Shown: positions 62,039 through 64,000 of the stretch, piece by piece
Position numbering within the stretch: position 1 is the stretch's first letter
How the letters are laid out: each line of letters opens with the position of its first letter
DNA from: Nitrosomonadales bacterium
GTDB lineage: Bacteria; Pseudomonadota; Gammaproteobacteria; Burkholderiales; SG8-39
Assembly: GCA_036676355.1 (NCBI GenBank)
Contig: JAKFDA010000093.1
Coordinates: forward strand, 7,857-71,856
DNA length: 64,000 nucleotides
Direction of reading: 5' to 3'
Notes under the pieces: model-generated
What the model saw: the letters and a program-made list of their open reading frames with translations, nothing else
Databases searched by the model: none
Told to the model about the DNA's origin: nothing
Made by a program: the position numbers and the translations under genes

Positions 62039-62818
62039 CTAGGTTCGCTCGGTGCCGGGTATACGCAACGCCTGACGCGCTTCGTTCAACTGTCGTGCGT
62101 AAGCGTATTTCGTCATGGGCTCGCGCACGCGTGCGAGCTTATCGAGCAATTTCAACGCGTGGTGCGCGACACCTGGGTGCAGCGCATCGGCCGGATGCAA
62201 GCCCACGCGCACCAGCGACGCGCCCGTGGTCGCGGCCAGCAGCGCGCGATTCCAGCCGCGTGACAGGGCGCGTCGCGGGGCACTACGCGCGCTGTACACC
62301 ACGCTCGGCGCAAAGATGCGCTGCCGTGTCCGCAATGCGATGAATCGCGTCAGCGTGGTAGTGTATTCAAAATCGAACTCCTCCAGCGCGGCCCAGGCAC
62401 CGTCGCCGAGCATCCACGCCGGCGCGACAAAACCGCGCACCTTCAACCCGTGCAATGCGCACCATAGGCGTCCGCGCGCGATGCGGCGCATGGCCTCCCG
62501 ATGCGACAACCCGGCGAATTCACCCTCGCCCGTGGTGTAGATGCGACGCACGAGTCGCTGCACACCCTTTGTGGCGTGCGCACGTTCGTCGCGATGGGTA
62601 TAGCCGTGCAGCGCGATTTCATCACCCCGCGCCACACATTCCCGCAACCAGTCGAGATAGGCCGTCGGCACATCGGCCCCGCCATCGTGATAATTCGGCA
62701 CCACCAGCAGCGTGACCGGCGCGCGCGGACACCGTTCATGCACCGCATCGCGCAACACACGGCACAGCGACCAGGTCGCCGGAGCCACGTCATGGATGGA
62801 AATACATAGCGCGCGCAT
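62039..62818 (-). CDS. DUF2334 / polysaccharide-deacetylase-like protein
   Basis: MRALCISIHDVAP..LLVVPNYH..ALHGYTH. Sits 14 nt downstream of the GT gene. Confidence 0.7.
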   Translation of the reverse strand: MRALCISIHDVAPATWSLCRVLRDAVHERCPRAPVTLLVVPNYHDGGADVPTAYLDWLRECVARGDEIALHGYTHRDERAHATKGVQRLVRRIYTTGEGEFAGLSHREAMRRIARGRLWCALHGLKVRGFVAPAWMLGDGAWAALEEFDFEYTTTLTRFIALRTRQRIFAPSVVYSARSAPRRALSRGWNRALLAATTGASLVRVGLHPADALHPGVAHHALKLLDKLARVREPMTKYAYARQLNEARQALRIPGTERT

Positions 62819-62832
62819 TGTTCCCCGTGAGC

Positions 62833-63948
62833 TCAACATGTGCGCCGAATGGATTCGGCGCCACCGCGCAGACCGCGATAGCGTTGCAGCAGTTCTGGCA
62901 GGACGCTCTCCCAGTCGTAGTATTGCGCGATCGCGCGCGCGCGTGCGCCGAGCTGGGGCAGGTCTCGCTCGAACAGCGCGGCTATCCCTTCGGCCATGGC
63001 CGCCGCGCTGTGCGGTTGAACAAGCACGCCGACCTCTTCGCTGACGAGTTCTCCGATGCCGGCTGCCTCCGTGCCGATGACCGGCAGACCGCAGGCCATC
63101 GCTTCGAGCGCGGCCAGGCCGAACGTTTCCTGCGCGCCGGCATGGACGAAGGCGTCGCAACCGGCGAGCAGTGCGGCGAGCTTGTTGCGGTCGCGAATGA
63201 AGCGCAGCACGCGCACGTTATGCGGCACATCCGGCGGCAAAGCGCCTGCGCCGACGAGCACCAACGTGTAACGCTCGCCCAGATTCCGCAGCGCCTGAAA
63301 CAGCAGCGACAGATTCTTTTCCGGCGCGAAACGGCCGGCATAGATCAACAAGCGGCTGCGTGCATCGACACCGAGCATTTTGCGCAGCGCCGCGTTGCGC
63401 CGCGTGGGTTTGAACACCTGCAGATCGACACCCAGGCGCTGGCGATGCACCTGTCGAATGCCGATGCTGCGCAGTTTCCCGGCCATCACCAGACTGGGTG
63501 CGAGGACGAGATCGAACTGCTCATACAACCGATGCACGTATTTTTCCGCCAGGCGCTCGGCGCGCAGCCCATAACGGCGACCGAGCATCTCGGGCAGGTC
63601 GGAATGACAGAAAGCGACCGATGGCACATCGAGCGCAACGGCTGCGTCGAGTACCGCCCATGCGAGATGATAAGGATCGCCGGCTTCGATGACGGACGGC
63701 TTTACATGCAAAAGCTTCTGCGTCACCGCGCTCTTTCCCAACGGCACGCGGTAACCGTGCGACAACGGCAACGGCACGCTGCGCAGCGCAATCGTCCATG
63801 GCTCCGACGGCATGCTGCGCGCCGCCGGGATCATGAGTGTGTGGGAATGGCCGGGGCGCTGCCGCAGCCACGCACGCTTGGTATCGACGTAACGCCGTAT
63901 GCCGCCGCTTTCGGCGGCATACAGCATGGTCACGTCACAGACGTGCAT
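62833..63948 (-). CDS. glycosyltransferase family 4
   Basis: C-terminal GT-B motif AFVHAGAQETFGLAALEAMACGLPVIG, 371 aa. Confidence 0.8.
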   Translation of the reverse strand: MHVCDVTMLYAAESGGIRRYVDTKRAWLRQRPGHSHTLMIPAARSMPSEPWTIALRSVPLPLSHGYRVPLGKSAVTQKLLHVKPSVIEAGDPYHLAWAVLDAAVALDVPSVAFCHSDLPEMLGRRYGLRAERLAEKYVHRLYEQFDLVLAPSLVMAGKLRSIGIRQVHRQRLGVDLQVFKPTRRNAALRKMLGVDARSRLLIYAGRFAPEKNLSLLFQALRNLGERYTLVLVGAGALPPDVPHNVRVLRFIRDRNKLAALLAGCDAFVHAGAQETFGLAALEAMACGLPVIGTEAAGIGELVSEEVGVLVQPHSAAAMAEGIAALFERDLPQLGARARAIAQYYDWESVLPELLQRYRGLRGGAESIRRTC

Positions 63949-64000
63949 ACGCCGGCGATGCTGCGAACACGCACCGACGAAGCGTCGATGGCGCCTGTTT

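Overview
This is a high-GC (roughly 65%) proteobacterial chromosomal segment with about 66 credible protein genes. I saw no rRNA, tRNA, CRISPR array, transposase or integrase. All calls were made by eye from the ORF track and raw sequence, with no searches run. Promoter coordinates were cross-checked against overlapping ORF translations, but my scan of coding regions was not exhaustive.

Gene content, left to right:
- 3' part of a qNOR nitric-oxide reductase, a degraded PPC/DUF296 gene, and small hypothetical genes
- a Zn-type oxidoreductase and a pncA-pncB-OYE operon
- a pseudouridine synthase
- an ASRT / VKOR-SPW membrane protein / SDR operon
- a caa3-type cytochrome oxidase cluster (ctaG, two cytochromes c, subunit II-cyt c, an embedded CaCA antiporter, fused subunit I+III)
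- GH15 hydrolase, hemerythrin, an ABC exporter, and DUF326 plus peroxiredoxin
- a large PAS hybrid kinase, then YihY-AsmA
- an ElaB/YqjD-like module and a second hemerythrin
- an NtrC-type sigma-54 activator and a YghA-like SDR
- an 11-gene translationally coupled glycan-assembly operon (GT4, SDR, HAD-IIIA, GT9, carbamoyltransferase, GT2, radical SAM/SPASM, GT9, GT, GH1-like, UDP-xylose synthase)
- a long stress operon ending in a PAS kinase and containing topoisomerase IB
- two PRC-barrel genes, MscS, and two further glycosyltransferase pairs flanking a hybrid kinase

The strongest unannotated signal is a set of about 18 sigma-54-type (-24/-12) boxes. Their consensus is (C/G)GGCA(C/T)-N5-(T/C)TGC with exact GG-N10-GC spacing. 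Most sit 30-60 nt upstream of start codons of genes that are typical RpoS/EcfG-type general-stress genes in other bacteria, and a resident bEBP is present. This suggests a sigma-54-wired stress/dormancy regulon.

Two families of dispersed palindromic/MITE-like intergenic repeats are also present.
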